DNA from: Nymphaea colorata
Taxonomy: Eukaryota
Assembly (NCBI RefSeq): GCF_008831285.2
Contig: NC_045138.2
Coordinates: 36,828,001-36,892,000 of the forward strand
DNA: 64,000 nucleotides
Reading direction: 5' to 3'
Of the stretch, positions 25,340 to 38,578 are shown piece by piece. The translations under genes were made by a program, and so were the position numbers. The notes below the pieces were generated by a model that ran no database searches, was not told where the DNA came from, and saw only the letters and a program-made list of their open reading frames with translations. Numbering within the stretch: position 1 is the stretch's first letter; each line of letters starts with the position of its first letter.

Positions 25340-26936
25340 TTGTAGGAATTATAATTTGCTCCAAAAGAATGAACGTAGCTTATGTTTCTTTGCATGGAGT
25401 GGCTAAAGATTTTAGAATAACAGTGTTGAAGCTTACAGTAGATACTCACCACATTGCAATCTTCATCATCTGGGAGGCGGACGGTTGTGGTTCGATTGCA
25501 ATCGGTGTCAATTCTTGGGATAAGCCGAAGCAAGAATCTCATGGAGCCCGAGAATGAAGAAACGAAAGGTCTTTTACCATTTCCCCAGGAGGTTTCAAGT
25601 TCCACCCATTCAAAAAGCATATTTTGTATGTATGTGGTCTTCATTTCTTAAGCTCTCAGGATCTGTGGCCGACCCTTTCTTCAAATTTAGGGCTTGCAGC
25701 AAAGAAGATTAAGATGATCAGGTTGTTTTGAATGGCAAGAAGTGCTCTATCAACTCTTCTGGGAGAACGGACTTAAGGCCTTCAATTTGGAGGAGATCAA
25801 ACAGTCCAAAATTCAGGCCTTCAATTTGGAGGAGATCAAACAGTCCAAAATTCAGGATAAGCCTTTCATCCAAGCTTGGAAATATAAAAGGAAAATTTCT
25901 GAACTCCTTGTTCTGTTCTGACTGCTTGTCTACCCAAATGATCCTGGATCAAATTACTAAAAGAGGATCTGTAAAGACTCTTTACGCATGCTTTGTGGTG
26001 CACTAGAAAGCTTTCCAAGTTTTAACCCTTTAATCATGAATTTTTCAACTTGCTTTGCTTTTGATTGGTTGGGCATTCAAATGTTTAATAAGGTTAAGGC
26101 GTCGAAATACAACATCATGGGGCTTGTAAAGGAAGAGAGCATGAAGGGGATGGACGCCACGCAATCCCTCCCTTCCTCTTCTCCTTCGCCTTGCCCACTT
26201 GTAAAGCAAAGGCGCAGTAATGTTTCAGACTTTGATACTTCAAACTTTGTTTTCTCTTGCGATATTTTCAAAGTCAGTAACAGCTGATGGCAATGTCCAA
26301 CTGGCCCATAGAATGTGACCACTGTGTTCTCCATTAACAATGCACTGCAATACAATCATGAGAATTTGTTTCCAATCTTTTTATGGAATCTCCTCCTCCT
26401 CTTCTTCCCTTGTGCTTGGTGAAGCCAGACAAAGAAAATGGGGCAATCATTTCCATACATCTCTGCGCCCCTTGTTTTCTTATATAATTGTTTCCCTGAC
26501 ATTTTTAGGACTCCCCCATACTGCTTCTGCTCAGCTGAAATAAGCCAACCCAAACTGAAGGAACAACGTTTCTCCCCACAAACAGGCGGGCCCTTGCTTG
26601 CACAGAAGCAGGTATCGCTGGGTCCCTTCACCCATCCATTGACAGGCCAAGCCCAGTCACAGAAAACTCTTTTATATCATAAACCGACTCACTTTCAAGC
26701 TTCATCCATGGTGGGCTCCAGAAGGAATCAGAGTGGTCCAAATGTTGTTGAGGAAATGATAATGGCATTTCTTGGCCTTATTCCCATGTCTGTTTCCCTC
26801 ATCTTGGACTCATCCTGCAGCCATGAAAATGGTCGTCCTGATATGCTAGAAAACTCGCCACGATTGAGGCTGTGAGTCACTGCGACAGCCATGGCTGCCG
26901 CGAGGCTTGCTTTTCTCTAGGGTTTTCCGCTGCCAT
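25340..26936 (-). pseudogene. Decayed intronless coding-like segment; tentatively a TRM6/GCD10-like (tRNA m1A58 methyltransferase non-catalytic subunit) processed pseudogene
   Basis: Starts ATG GCA GCG GAA AAC CCT AGA (MAAENPR) after a pyrimidine-rich UTR-like leader. Coding-like composition, many stops and frameshifts, no intron-like gaps. Fragments in order (TFGPL, SQEKxK, DALTLL..MPN..M.KGL.LG, VKDLSFLHSRAP, QELTPIA..KIAM) resemble my recollection of plant TRM6; unverified. Confidence 0.3.
25776..25856. repeat. 39-bp perfect tandem duplication
   Basis: AGGCCTTCAATTTGGAGGAGATCAAACAGTCCAAAATTC x2, plus AGG. Confidence 0.95.
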
Positions 26937-27304
26937 CACAAGAATTTAGATTCGAGTATTCGCCGTTTCGATTTCGGGAAAAAGAATCAACCAAGCTCTG
27001 AATATGAAAAGACCAATCGGGAAAAGAAGTCCGGAGCCTGAAGAACTAGAGAATAAGCTTTTCCAAGTCACAGACAGGTACAGAAAAATGATTCCCCTTC
27101 CCTCTCGCTCAACTGGCCACGATTATAAGGAGAAAGGGTTATACCGTGTTTGCAAATTCTTGGGAACTTTTTCCCCCAAAGAACGTAGACCACCTTCGTT
27201 TGGAGTGGAAAAAGTTGTCCACTGCTTCGGGATACTCGGTTCATTTTCCCAAAGCAAAATGGCCAAAAGAGAGTGTTCGGTTTTTTGTGCCTCATGCGTA
27301 ATTA

Positions 27305-27850
27305 GTTTAGTCGAGCCAACTCATGCTTGACTCGAATTCACTCCAAAAAATTTGGCTCGACTTGTTTATAAACGAGTCGAGTTTGACATTACAAATATAT
27401 TCGTACTCCAAAAAATTTGGCTCGACTTGTTTATAAACGAGTCGAGTTTGACATTACAAATATATTCGTACTCTCATTGGTATTCTATGTAACATTGTCA
27501 AAACCGGTTCACCGAATCACCATTTTAACTTTATGGTAAAAACAAATTTTCACAAGTTACATGAGTTAACGCAACGTTTAAATGAGTTATCGCTTATACG
27601 AGTTAATGTTTACACGAGGTAATGCCTAAACTAGTTAAATGAGTTAAAAAAGTCAAGTTCGAGCTCTATTTTGTGTAGTTGACTCGACTCAAGCTTGAAC
27701 TTGCTTATAAAGCACTCGACTCGACTTTAAAGCAAGCTGGAACTCGACTCAGCTCGTGTGCTGCCCCAACCCAAACCCAAGATACTAATTCGAGCTCGAC
27801 TCCGTTGGTATGCTGCCCTACCTCCAACCCAAGATACTAACCGAGTCCGA
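27305..27850. mobile_element. Degenerate GAGTCGAG/CTCGAC-rich MITE related to 5925-6372, with an internal 65-bp tandem duplication
   Basis: Same repeat motifs and a right-end-like GCTCGTGTGCTGCCCCAA (~27752-27769). Perfect 65-bp duplication at 27340-27473. Left TIR and TSD not found. Confidence 0.6.
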
Positions 27851-29464
27851 ACTAATCAAAGCATTATTCTATCCTGGATTAATTTGGGAAGTTGATCGTG
27901 ACTACCAATACCGCCGGATCTTGCAAATATCACCAATTTGACATGAAATTTTTAGACGGATAAATATGACGATGTAAAAAGTAACGTCTTCAAACATGAA
28001 CCTTCGTTTGGAAAAATTTACGGTTGAAAATTTTGAAATTTTCTCAGACACACGAGATTCTTGGTCGCGGAGTTTCAGTTCTTCCTTCAAGACATGCAAC
28101 AGATGCTTCTGTGAAGGCACTCAGAAGAGTAGACAAATAATATGAAGAACAAAGTTGAACCACTGTTCCCTATAAAAAATTTTGATCCACTGGTTTTCTG
28201 AGTGCTCCACCGACTACCCACATGCATTTTCACCGAGTCTCACCGATTCTGATAGAAGTACGGTGGAATTCATGGCTGCCATCGTCAGAAAAATATCTGG
28301 TTTCATCAATTATTCTGCGGTTCTCGGCGTACGTCGGAAAGCACCAGTGTAGTGCGGAAGGGGAATTCTTTTGCAAAAGGATAAAAAAGATCGTGAAGTT
28401 GGAGCCACTTCTTTTTTGTTAAAGAAGCTGCAGATGGGTAGACTCTCTCAGTTTATGCCAATGCTTTCGGAATCTGCCGGCAGGTGGGTGAAACACGTTC
28501 GCTCAATTTTCAGCGACAACATGTAAAAACACAGTATGAATCAACGGAAATTACAGTTCTAAATTGATATTAATGTAAAAAAGTTATTTACAATCAAGAT
28601 CTAAATCAACTTGCCTAAGGGCAGTTTTGATGCAGGATGGTGAGTTATGGCATTGTTGGGAAGTAAGAATATTCAACAAAGCTTGATAAATAGAGGCCAA
28701 ATGGAATATGGTCGGTGAATAAATATCCTATGCTTCTTCCTTTCTTTCTTCCTCTTTGTTGTCTTTGGAGTGTTAGACTTTGTTGGATATATGTTGCTGT
28801 TTAATTTAACCAGGTTTGGTCCACTCAGCTGGCTCATTGAGTCTGAACAACAAGTACATGGTTTAGTCTGAACAAGCAATATTTGGTACTTGACTGGAAG
28901 TCTGGCAACCCAAGGAAGTGCTTGTTTCCCTCAACTGGGTCTTTAGAAGTAACTTCATCTTTTAGGATCATAGCCAGTTGTCTTTACTTACATATCACGA
29001 TCATGGTGCTTGATTAATTAGGGTTTAGTCACACCATGGTGCCTACCTTGGCTGGCCCCTCTCCATTTTAAAATGCATACAAACATAGATACATCACATC
29101 CATATAAATAAATATTTGTGTGGACAAATAAATGATTCTTTTTTTTTCTTTTTTCTTTTCCTTTTCACGGAATTTGTGAAGGGAAAACTGCCGGCCACAT
29201 CCCTGGCAAGTTTCCGATTGGTAAAACTTTTCCTGTTCCTCTTACTTGTCGACTTATAATGAGTAATGCCTTCCTATCTGTATCAAACTCTGGCCAAGGA
29301 ATTTCCACCATCTCATTATGCAAAGTCAAGAACCAACAACCCCAGAGTCTCAGTTCTAAATATTAAAAATTATCTTTCGCTATAAGAAGTTTAGCTTAGC
29401 TGGTTGGGTCGGTTGCTACTAAAAGATTAATTGCTCTCTTTAAGAGGTTTGGTGCAATGATTGG

Positions 29465-29749
29465 TAAGGTTGGGCACTGGGCTGAGCAGAGAGCAGGTAC
29501 TCGGGCTTGGTAATTTATCGGTCCAATTGGGTTCGATAAGTCTGAGTGGGTTTATATAATTTTTTTAATATTTATTTTATTAATTATATACATATAATAA
29601 TTTATTATAATTAATTATATTTATATATTATTTTATATTAAAATATATATTTTTAATCTAATCAGGCCCGGCTCGGGCTCAAAAGCCCTACGTTTTGGGC
29701 CCAAGCTTTGCTTGTTATCTGGATCGGGCCGATCGGATGTCCAGGCTTA
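29465..29749. mobile_element. hAT-like MITE (GGCCC/CGGGC subterminal family)
   Basis: Ends TAAGGTTGGGCA / TGTCCAGGCTTA. 8-bp flanks ATGATTGG (29457-29464) and ATGATTAG (29750-29757). GC-rich arms around a very AT-rich core, same layout as 52109-52381. Confidence 0.72.
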
Positions 29750-31385
29750 ATGATTAGTGAAGACGGTACTAAAAAAAACTTTGTACCCAGTTAAGATAAA
29801 TGGTTGAATGAAAACTTCAACTCTCTAAGATAAATAGCCAATTGTTGGTTCAATTCTCACCAACATCAAAAGTTTGCTTAAGCCCTAAGCAACCAGAAGC
29901 CCTAAGTTTTAGGTACTAGTTTAAGGGTTTTATTTCGTTAAAGGAGCGATTAAGTGTGATTTCTTTTTGACCGAATCAAAGAAAGAAGCCGATAACAATT
30001 TCTGATTTTTGACAAACATGAGAGTCAGGTCCCCTAAAGTTCCGTGTTCTTCAAACAAATATGAACAGCTGTCTGCTGCTGGTCTGGTGTGGCCGGACCA
30101 CAGACATGTGGCTTAGAGAGAAAGTGGCCTGGTCCTGGAACAAGGCAGCTTGACACCTGGCTTCTGAGGCTAAGAAAAGCACAGCTGGGCTGGGTCCTAA
30201 AAACCAACGGATAGCTGCCGACCGGAGCAGAGGCGCCGGCAGCCGACCAAATTTTTCAAATTCCGACCACATATTCCCGGCTCGCTGTTTGAGAAGGGAA
30301 AACTGGAAAACATCGTCGTCAATTTGGCCACCTTTCCTGGGAAAATATCATTCCCAGGAATATTTCAAAAATCTAGGGGAATATTTCATAGATCGGATTT
30401 TATTCCTCTCCTTATCCAAACGCATCAACCAGTTCGCATCATTGTGATTTTCTTTTCGCAACTTAACTCGTAGGGACAAGTCTTAGTATTTATTTAGGGT
30501 CATGGCAAGAGCTTAGTTGGTTCAATCATCGATCGAGATGGATCGCTGCAGGCCAGACCATCCGAACAGTTCAAGAAATCATCATCATAATATACATACA
30601 CACTATATATATATATATATAAACCAAGCATTTGGGTTAGGAATAAAAACTAGACCCTTTGATTTTGATTTTTAATATGTTTTTCTTTTTTTTTTTGCAA
30701 TCCTTGTTGATATGATCTTAAAAGAATGAGTTGTTGAAACAAAGCATATGGTAAGTTGATCATTTGTTATACTTTAATAGTGTTTTTATAATAAGAAAAA
30801 ATGAAAACAGTATTTTTCATTAAAACAACTTGAATCAAAACATGTTTTATATCAAAATAGATTTTAAAGATATTTATATTTTATTTAAGTGTTTTTTAAC
30901 AAAAAAAATCAAAGAATCTGGTTTTATCAACTTCTATATATATAATGCAGTTAATTATAATAAATGAATGAGGATAAAGGGAAACGGTTTTATACTTTTT
31001 TAGATGGTATAAAGTTGTGGGATGGTGAGATAAGATGAGGGAAGTTGGGCTCGTCTCGGCCCGCCTTCCTGGTGCGTTGCGTGCACACTCCAGTTGACTC
31101 GGAGGAGTAAGTGCCCACTTCCTCTTTCTGTGGGAAGCGAGCGGCACCCACTGGTCCGAACCCAACCCAACCGGCGCCGCCCCTGTAAGCGGTTCCGTTC
31201 CCTTTGGATTCCAAATCTGACTCCCCGTCCGATCTTTCTCACTGGATTCTTGGGCTCAGTTGCCAAATCAATTTCAAATCCACGATTAACATGTCTCGAT
31301 TTTTGGAATACATCCAAACCTTACCTCTTCCTCTGCCAAAACCACGACTACATCCTGACGCTTCCACGCACATGGTTTTGACTAA

Positions 31386-31428
<43 letters not shown>

Positions 31429-34400
31429 AGAGAGAGAGAGAAAAAAAAAAGAAAGGAAGGTAAAATTGGTGATTCCGATTGACTAAGATCTTGAAATCCT
31501 ATATATAGTGTGCGCTTATGTGCATGTGAGTGTAAATTAAGTGTTTATACTCAGCTTACTGTGTATAAGTGTGTGTGAGTTGAAGCAGTAGTCGCAAAGC
31601 TTTGGGTCTGCTCGTGATGTACTCGCTCTTCAACTAGCCATTAGTTAGGTGACACTTACATATAAGGTCCACGTAAGATTTGAATCGGGTCCAACCAAGC
31701 AGTCAGTTCCGTCCTGGGTCCTGTCCATCTAACCTTCTAAGTGTGCAACCAAAAATCTAGAGCAGAACATAAGGTTGGCCCAACGATTAGCGTAGTGGTC
31801 CAACAGGATCCAAACCGCCGTGGGTCCGACGGGGTGGGATGGGATAATCTAAGTGACAATTGGACGTGTAGCTCAATTGGTAGGTCCAGATCTAACCGCA
31901 ATCCCCAACCCAACTCATTTCTATGTCGTTTGTGAGCTTACCATCTTCCCGGATAAGATAACCCGGCTTTAAGTTTTGGGATCCAAAACCCTATACCATA
32001 ACTCATGAAAGACAAAAGACCCCAACCATGAAATATTTTTATTGATTCATATATTAAAAATGTATATTTAATTCGAACTATTTTTAGACTTAAAAAAATT
32101 CAATTAATTAAATAATGAATCACTACATATTAGTATGTCAATTACCATGTGATAATGTCGGGCGGTCAGGACGTTGTAGGAAAAGACAAGCTCACATATT
32201 TAATACGCAAACTTTTGAGGCACAAAGGCGAAAAAAGGAAAAAGCATTTTTTTCCATGTAATGATCTGTTTAAACGTCTTTTTGGATCAAAAAAAAAAAA
32301 AAAAAAAAAGAAGCGGTGAGATTACTTGGTTGGGTCTGGAGGAGGTTTATTTAAATCTGTTTTTGCATCTCAAAGAGGGGACAAAGGTGAGGGCAATTTC
32401 GGTGTTTACTCCAGGGACGTTTGCGTCCATCTGTCCCCTGGTTTGACCGCCGCCCTGTTCCGTTCCCCACCGCTTTACACACGTGTTCTGGGAGTCCGCG
32501 GGGACGCCACAGCTGACGGGGTCAGGAACGAACGTGTCGTCTGGAGGAAGAAAATGGATCGGGTCTTTTGAAATTTGGACTGGTGACCCAAACCAGGGAC
32601 AAGAACTCCATCACCTTCCTCGTGCCTCAAGTCTCAATGGTCATCCAGGTCTGTTGAAGAGCGGATTTTATCTGTTTTTCTCTGATCCCAATTGAATCAC
32701 TGGAGGTTGTTAAGTAACGAGAGTAATAACAAGTAAGTTGTCGTATATGTACTCAAAATTGAGGTAGATTCATAAAAACTGTAGTGGTTTATTGTTATTA
32801 ATAAAATACAAAATTACCCAATCAAAATTTGTAAATTTTCGTCGGACTACGGCAACTTTGATTGGGTTCGCTCGGCACAGACCTACCTTGGTGGTGGTGG
32901 GTTGTGAAGATATGTGTCTAATTATTAGTTGCCATCGAATAGGCCGCTTGACCGAGCTCCGACTGCCAGCTTAGCTTTAGGCTTGTAGTCATTGCTTGTG
33001 GAATTGAATTTAATTTGTATATTTGCCGTATGAGCGTCCTCTACACTATGCCCCTTGTTTGAAAAAAAGGTAAATTGTGAAGAGTTCTCGTCAACCTCTC
33101 GGGCCACAACTTCCGCGTCGAAGAATATGAAGAAGACTTTGGTTTTCAAAGTTCATTTCTAGATCAAAGTTTTACAAAATTTTGCCTTCATTCACCTTTT
33201 GTAAAAGGAAAGGGGGCGACCTTCGCCATTATAAACTCACCTTATGAAGTCTGCTAAAAAGAATAAAGTTATGCCTACTATATATATATATATATAGTAG
33301 TAGTGGAGCTATCGTGTAGTGCCCGCATCAGACCTAAGTCACTCACTCAATCAAAATGTCACCCCCAAAAAAAATTCTTGTTCCACCGCTTTATATATAG
33401 ATATATGATATTGTTATAATCTATCTTCTCGCAACAAATTTGTCCGTGTTAATGAGAAAACCTAGTGTTCAATCGGGCTTTAATACCAATTCTAATACAC
33501 TCGCGTAACAATCTCTAAAACATTAGTCTGACGGATTCCAACCCGCTCTTTAACAATTCGGATTTGTATCTAAACTCAAGAGATTAGAATAATGTATGTT
33601 TGGCAACTACACCTCCTCGCCTCCTATGTTGAGAAGAAACATTAATGGGCATCCATGTCCAACCGCCTCTTCCCGACCTACTCTTCTCAGCTACCCTTTG
33701 TGCGCCATAGTCACTGTTTATCAAATTTTTTACCCATTGTTTTGCAAATTGCTGAGGGACGTAATGTAACAGTTTACATTTAATGCTGTGTATGTATGGT
33801 AAGCGCAGCACTCAGAGCTCATGAGTGTTATATCGCTAAAAGAGAGGGGCGGAAATGAAATACGAGAAAATGGAAGGAGGAAAGAACGAGGGATATCATG
33901 TTCATATGGTGGGACTCCTTCCTCCCTCAACACGTGTTTCAACGACTCGGCTTACGAAATTTCGTGACGTTTCCCTCCCTTCCACACATCCCCATTTCCA
34001 CCCTCTTTCTTCAATGACTCTATTAGCCCTGTCCTTTGACCCAATGCCGATAAAGCCCTTTGACCAACCACAGGCGCCAGCCTTTTCCAAAAAGCCCCTT
34101 TTGACCAATATTCTTTTCTTTTCCATTTTAAATAAATACATATTATTTAAAATAATGATGTTAGGCTGCAATCGTGTCAAGCTTAAATTCTATGAATATT
34201 GTCACGTTTCAATGTATTAATGCAAATAGTAGCAAGCCCATGATAAGAGAATTAAATGATGTACTTTAGATTGACCCATACTCAAAATAAGCCAAAAACT
34301 TGATGACCTTAAAATTTTATACCAAAGGCGATTTTTCCTAAACATTAAAAAATAAAATCATGTTAAAACTTTAAAATAGGTTTGATTTGGAACAAAAATT

Positions 34401-37400
34401 CTTTTTTGAATGAAAAACATTAATATTTTATAAAAAAAAAGCTCAAACCCAAACCCAATCTATCTTAGTGGTCTTTTAAGTTCAAAAGAACTGCATCACT
34501 ACCAAGTGTGTGTGCAATTTTCCTTTCTTATCATCAACTCAACTCGAAAAACATGTCGCCACAAGAATCAAACCAATGACAAAAGAAATTGACATCAACC
34601 CCTATGATATATGCCTCTTAAGACAATTTTGTCATTTTATTAGTGCTATATTCCCCAATAAATTACAATAGCAAAATCATGTCATTTTATAATTTTCAAT
34701 GTTTGTCTGCCTAACCCCAACTTATTAATAAAATATATGAAAAAAAAAAAAAGGAAAAGAAGGGTTGACATGCTGAACCCCACTTTTGCTTTCCCAAAAT
34801 GGCTTGGTAAGCAAAAGATGAAAGTCTATCCATAAAGTGCGTGCTAAAAATGACGCGTGTCTGGAATTTTTTGGATTAGCAACTGTTCATAAAAGCTCGG
34901 CCCACTTGGTTAGCGGGGTCGAATTTTGTGGTCACAAGTTTAACATGAGACATAATCCAAATAAATCAAAGGTGGTTTATCTATCCTTAGCTTGCATGTT
35001 AACTAAAAGAAGCTCACACGTATTAGAGCTCGTATTCCGAAATTATATTTGAATATGATTTTTAAATTAATGATTCCAATCTGATCTGAATCTGAATTTT
35101 AAATTCACATCTGATTTCGAATCAATGCCTTTAATAAGACTTTATGATGAAAGGCAACTGCAAGGTTTCTCGTTTTCAACCACGATGAGGTTCCACATAC
35201 AAGTCAAAATTGGCAAAACAATTTGTTTTTTCAAGTTTTTGCTTGCCGGAATGGAACATCTTATATTGCTAATGTGGTTTAAGGCTCAATTGAGTCACTT
35301 CTCATGCAAACCAAGTCTACTGAACAAATGGACAAACCGCTTTTTTGATATAGTACAAATATACTTTTTTATGGCTGGTTTTGTTTCACTGGGAAATTGA
35401 AATACAGGCCGGAAAACCTTTTTTTTTTTTTTTTTTTTTTGCTGCCGGAAACCAGAAATGAAACTACAGAACCGAAGCTGGCCATACGAGCCGTGGTTCT
35501 ATTGCAAATGCAAATGCACTCGATGATGCGCATAAAAGGGTCATATTTTAGATAACCGCAAAACTTTTGCCTTTTTTAATATATCTGGTGCATACTTTTC
35601 TCCCTTTTCCTCCAAATGTACCTCAAACCTTTTTCACCTTTACACCAAAAGCTAATTCCGACGTCCATTTCTCCACCTTTTAAATATTTCTGCATAGTTA
35701 TAAGATAGATATTGTGTTATGCATCTTATATTATTTATCAATATCTTCTTTCTGAAAGAAACGTTTATTAAAAAACGAAGGGTATGCTTATTTTTTTGGG
35801 AAATAACGTAAACCACGTACAAAAAGATCCATAATTCCTCGTGACATACCTGAAGCTCGATCACCATAAAGAACCAAAGGACTTTCCCACCCTGTTTTTT
35901 AGACGACAAGGTATCCCGATCGCACCTTCAAGGGGTACTTTCATATAACCAATCACGCGTTTGAATGCTCCAAGCATTTTCTGAGACAAGTGGCCTCCGA
36001 AAGAATCTCACAAATTTCAACTGGATTCTGAGGTGACTGAGATTAATTATCTTTGCACACGGGGGACATCCAATCCCACTCTCATTTCATCCATTTGGGG
36101 TAAACCCCCGACCGGATCCGAAGCTGATCCATGTGACCCAGCCCCTTTCGGAAAAGTCAAAGGGCGATTTCGTCCTTTCACGCTGCCAAATCAAGGACTT
36201 CAAGGAGACCGAGTTGACGGAGACAGTGGGCATTTATGGCATCATAAAAACCCGGGACGCTGAAAAACGTGCTTCCGCGGAAACGAAAAAAACTCGCGGG
36301 CTTTTCGATTTTACAACACTCCGTCAATTTAACGCCTAAAATCGCGGTTAGAAGGGGTCCTCATCCCGCGGTTAAGTAAACGGCGCCATCGACGGACAGC
36401 ATCGCGCCACGTGCTCCTGGTCCGATGCGATCCCGCCAAGTACTCGGCGAGTTATGTGGCGGCAAAAATATGTCGCCGATTAGAACAAGGGACCCAGTAC
36501 AGTACAGACAAATTTAACTTCTATTATTACTGTAAAATCACTTGCTTATCACGGTTTACAATTTTTTTTTTAGCTTTTCTCTTTCTTTTGGAAAAAAATG
36601 AAGCGTACCCAAGAAATGAAAGGCAATGCGTCACCAATATAAAAGCGAATATCATGGCATCCAAAAGGTATTTTGACATTTTTAAAGAGAAGCTAAAAAT
36701 ATTCCATTTTTTTGTGTTGATGGTATTTACAAAAACGGCGTTCCAAAATTGTTGTTCGCAAATCACCATTTCTACAAATGCGGTTCATATATACGGAAAA
36801 ATATGAGGAAGGCTTTTGAGTGAAAGTATGAACAAATCAGTACCGAATTAATTTTTTATAACAAAGTCTGATTTTCCAATTTAAAATTTTCTTTTTCAAC
36901 GTAAAATATATATTTGAGAGAGAGAGAGACATGAAGCGTGATATGGACGCGAGGATCGAATGGACGGCGGCCTTAGTGGGGTCGGTAGAGGCGCTTGGGA
37001 TCCGAGGTGGGCGATTAATCGCCGGCGAGGAGAGAAGTGACTTTTGACACGATAACGAAGAGGCGCCACGACTGAATGACTCGCTCAAACTCAACTCAAA
37101 AACTCCCTAACGACTCTCTCTCTCTCTCTCTAACTGCGTGTTTGTATCAAAATCTCTCTCTTGAAATTGAAAATTGTTTCCCTAAATCACACGATACCCT
37201 TTCGATTTTTACTTCTTCATATTTGGAACATATTGATTCCTAGATCCAACCAAGCATTTTAAATAAGAAGAAAAAAAAAATCAGGAAAGAAGAGATGAAC
37301 CAAACCATACCGAAAATAAATGTTATTCTTTGTCAACATAGTTAATACTATTAAGCAATCGATATCATTAATGAGCAATATATACAAGTTATAGATTATT

Positions 37401-38578
37401 TCTGAATCACAGAGATAAGTTTTTGAAGCCGGTTTGTGCGGCTGCTTCTATATGTTCAATCATCTAAAGAAATAAAAGATGGCCATGTGAAAATAAGTTA
37501 CGAAAGATCAAATAAGTAAAACTTCGATTCAAAATTTTATTTATAGAATAACCGAGGAAGATGTTAATAAAAATAAAGAAAGGCAACTTTTGGCATCTGC
37601 TACCTTTTTTTTCATCTTAAGACAGGAGAGGAGGTTTAGTGTGAGAGGAAAACTCCAGAGAGAGAGAGAGAGAATGGTGGAGGATTAGAACAAGATTTTT
37701 ATTTTGTTTTTCATCAACAAATAATTTTTTTCTCCGGTAGCGGAGAAGGAGCCCTCTTTGCGTTGGCCGGGGACGAATTTCTGGAGAGAGAGAGGAGAGA
37801 GAAGAGGGGGAGGGGGGAGGGGACAAGTCAACAAACACGAATTTCTGAAGCGGATTTACGAAACCACTGAAAGAAAACCAGGAACACCGAGATTTCGCTC
37901 TCATCTCTACCTCTCTCCACCTTCCTCCGCAGTCTCTCCGATAGCGTATCTCCTGTTCAACTATATCCAGGAACCTGGACGAGTAGGAAGCGGTTTGCCT
38001 TCCACGCCCTCTATTCGCCGGCCCGTCCCTTGCCGATAGCCCCTCTATCTCTATCTCTTGCACGAACAGATATAGAAACAAGCGAGTGAGAAAGGGGGGA
38101 AAGAGCGAGGGAGTGGAAAGTTCTCCGATTCAGATTGTCTAAGGATTGCCTTTGTGACTTTACCGGGCGAAGCTTCTTTCTTTTCTCCGGCCGATATCGA
38201 GGGAAGACGTGAGTTTTCATCGAAAATCTGAAGGAAAGTGGGTCTTGGGACCGTTGTCCGGTCGAATCGGGCATAGTTTCCGATAATTTTGCGGTTTCCG
38301 CCAAAGGACTCTCTGCCCATTTGGTTTTTCGATCATTAGCTGCGTGTGGATATAACAGGAACAAATTTTCCGACGAGCAAATCGTCCACTCCTCCATTTA
38401 TTCCGGCGAGAAAGGGGTCCTTCTTTATTGAAAACTGCATTTTCCGGCGAAGCAGGTCCGGCGTATATTGGTTTCCGAACCAGATCCCCGTTTATAGGAG
38501 AAAGTAGAAACTGACTGTTCCAGCCGAAATCTCGGTGCCTCCTTGGAAACTTCTGGCGGGGCGTCCTTTTTGCCCGCC

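Noticed and set aside
37617..38397. Overlapping 90-150 aa ORFs upstream of the MED26-like gene
   Set aside because: They run through GA/CT microsatellites and a GC-rich leader, mostly with non-ATG starts and no motifs.
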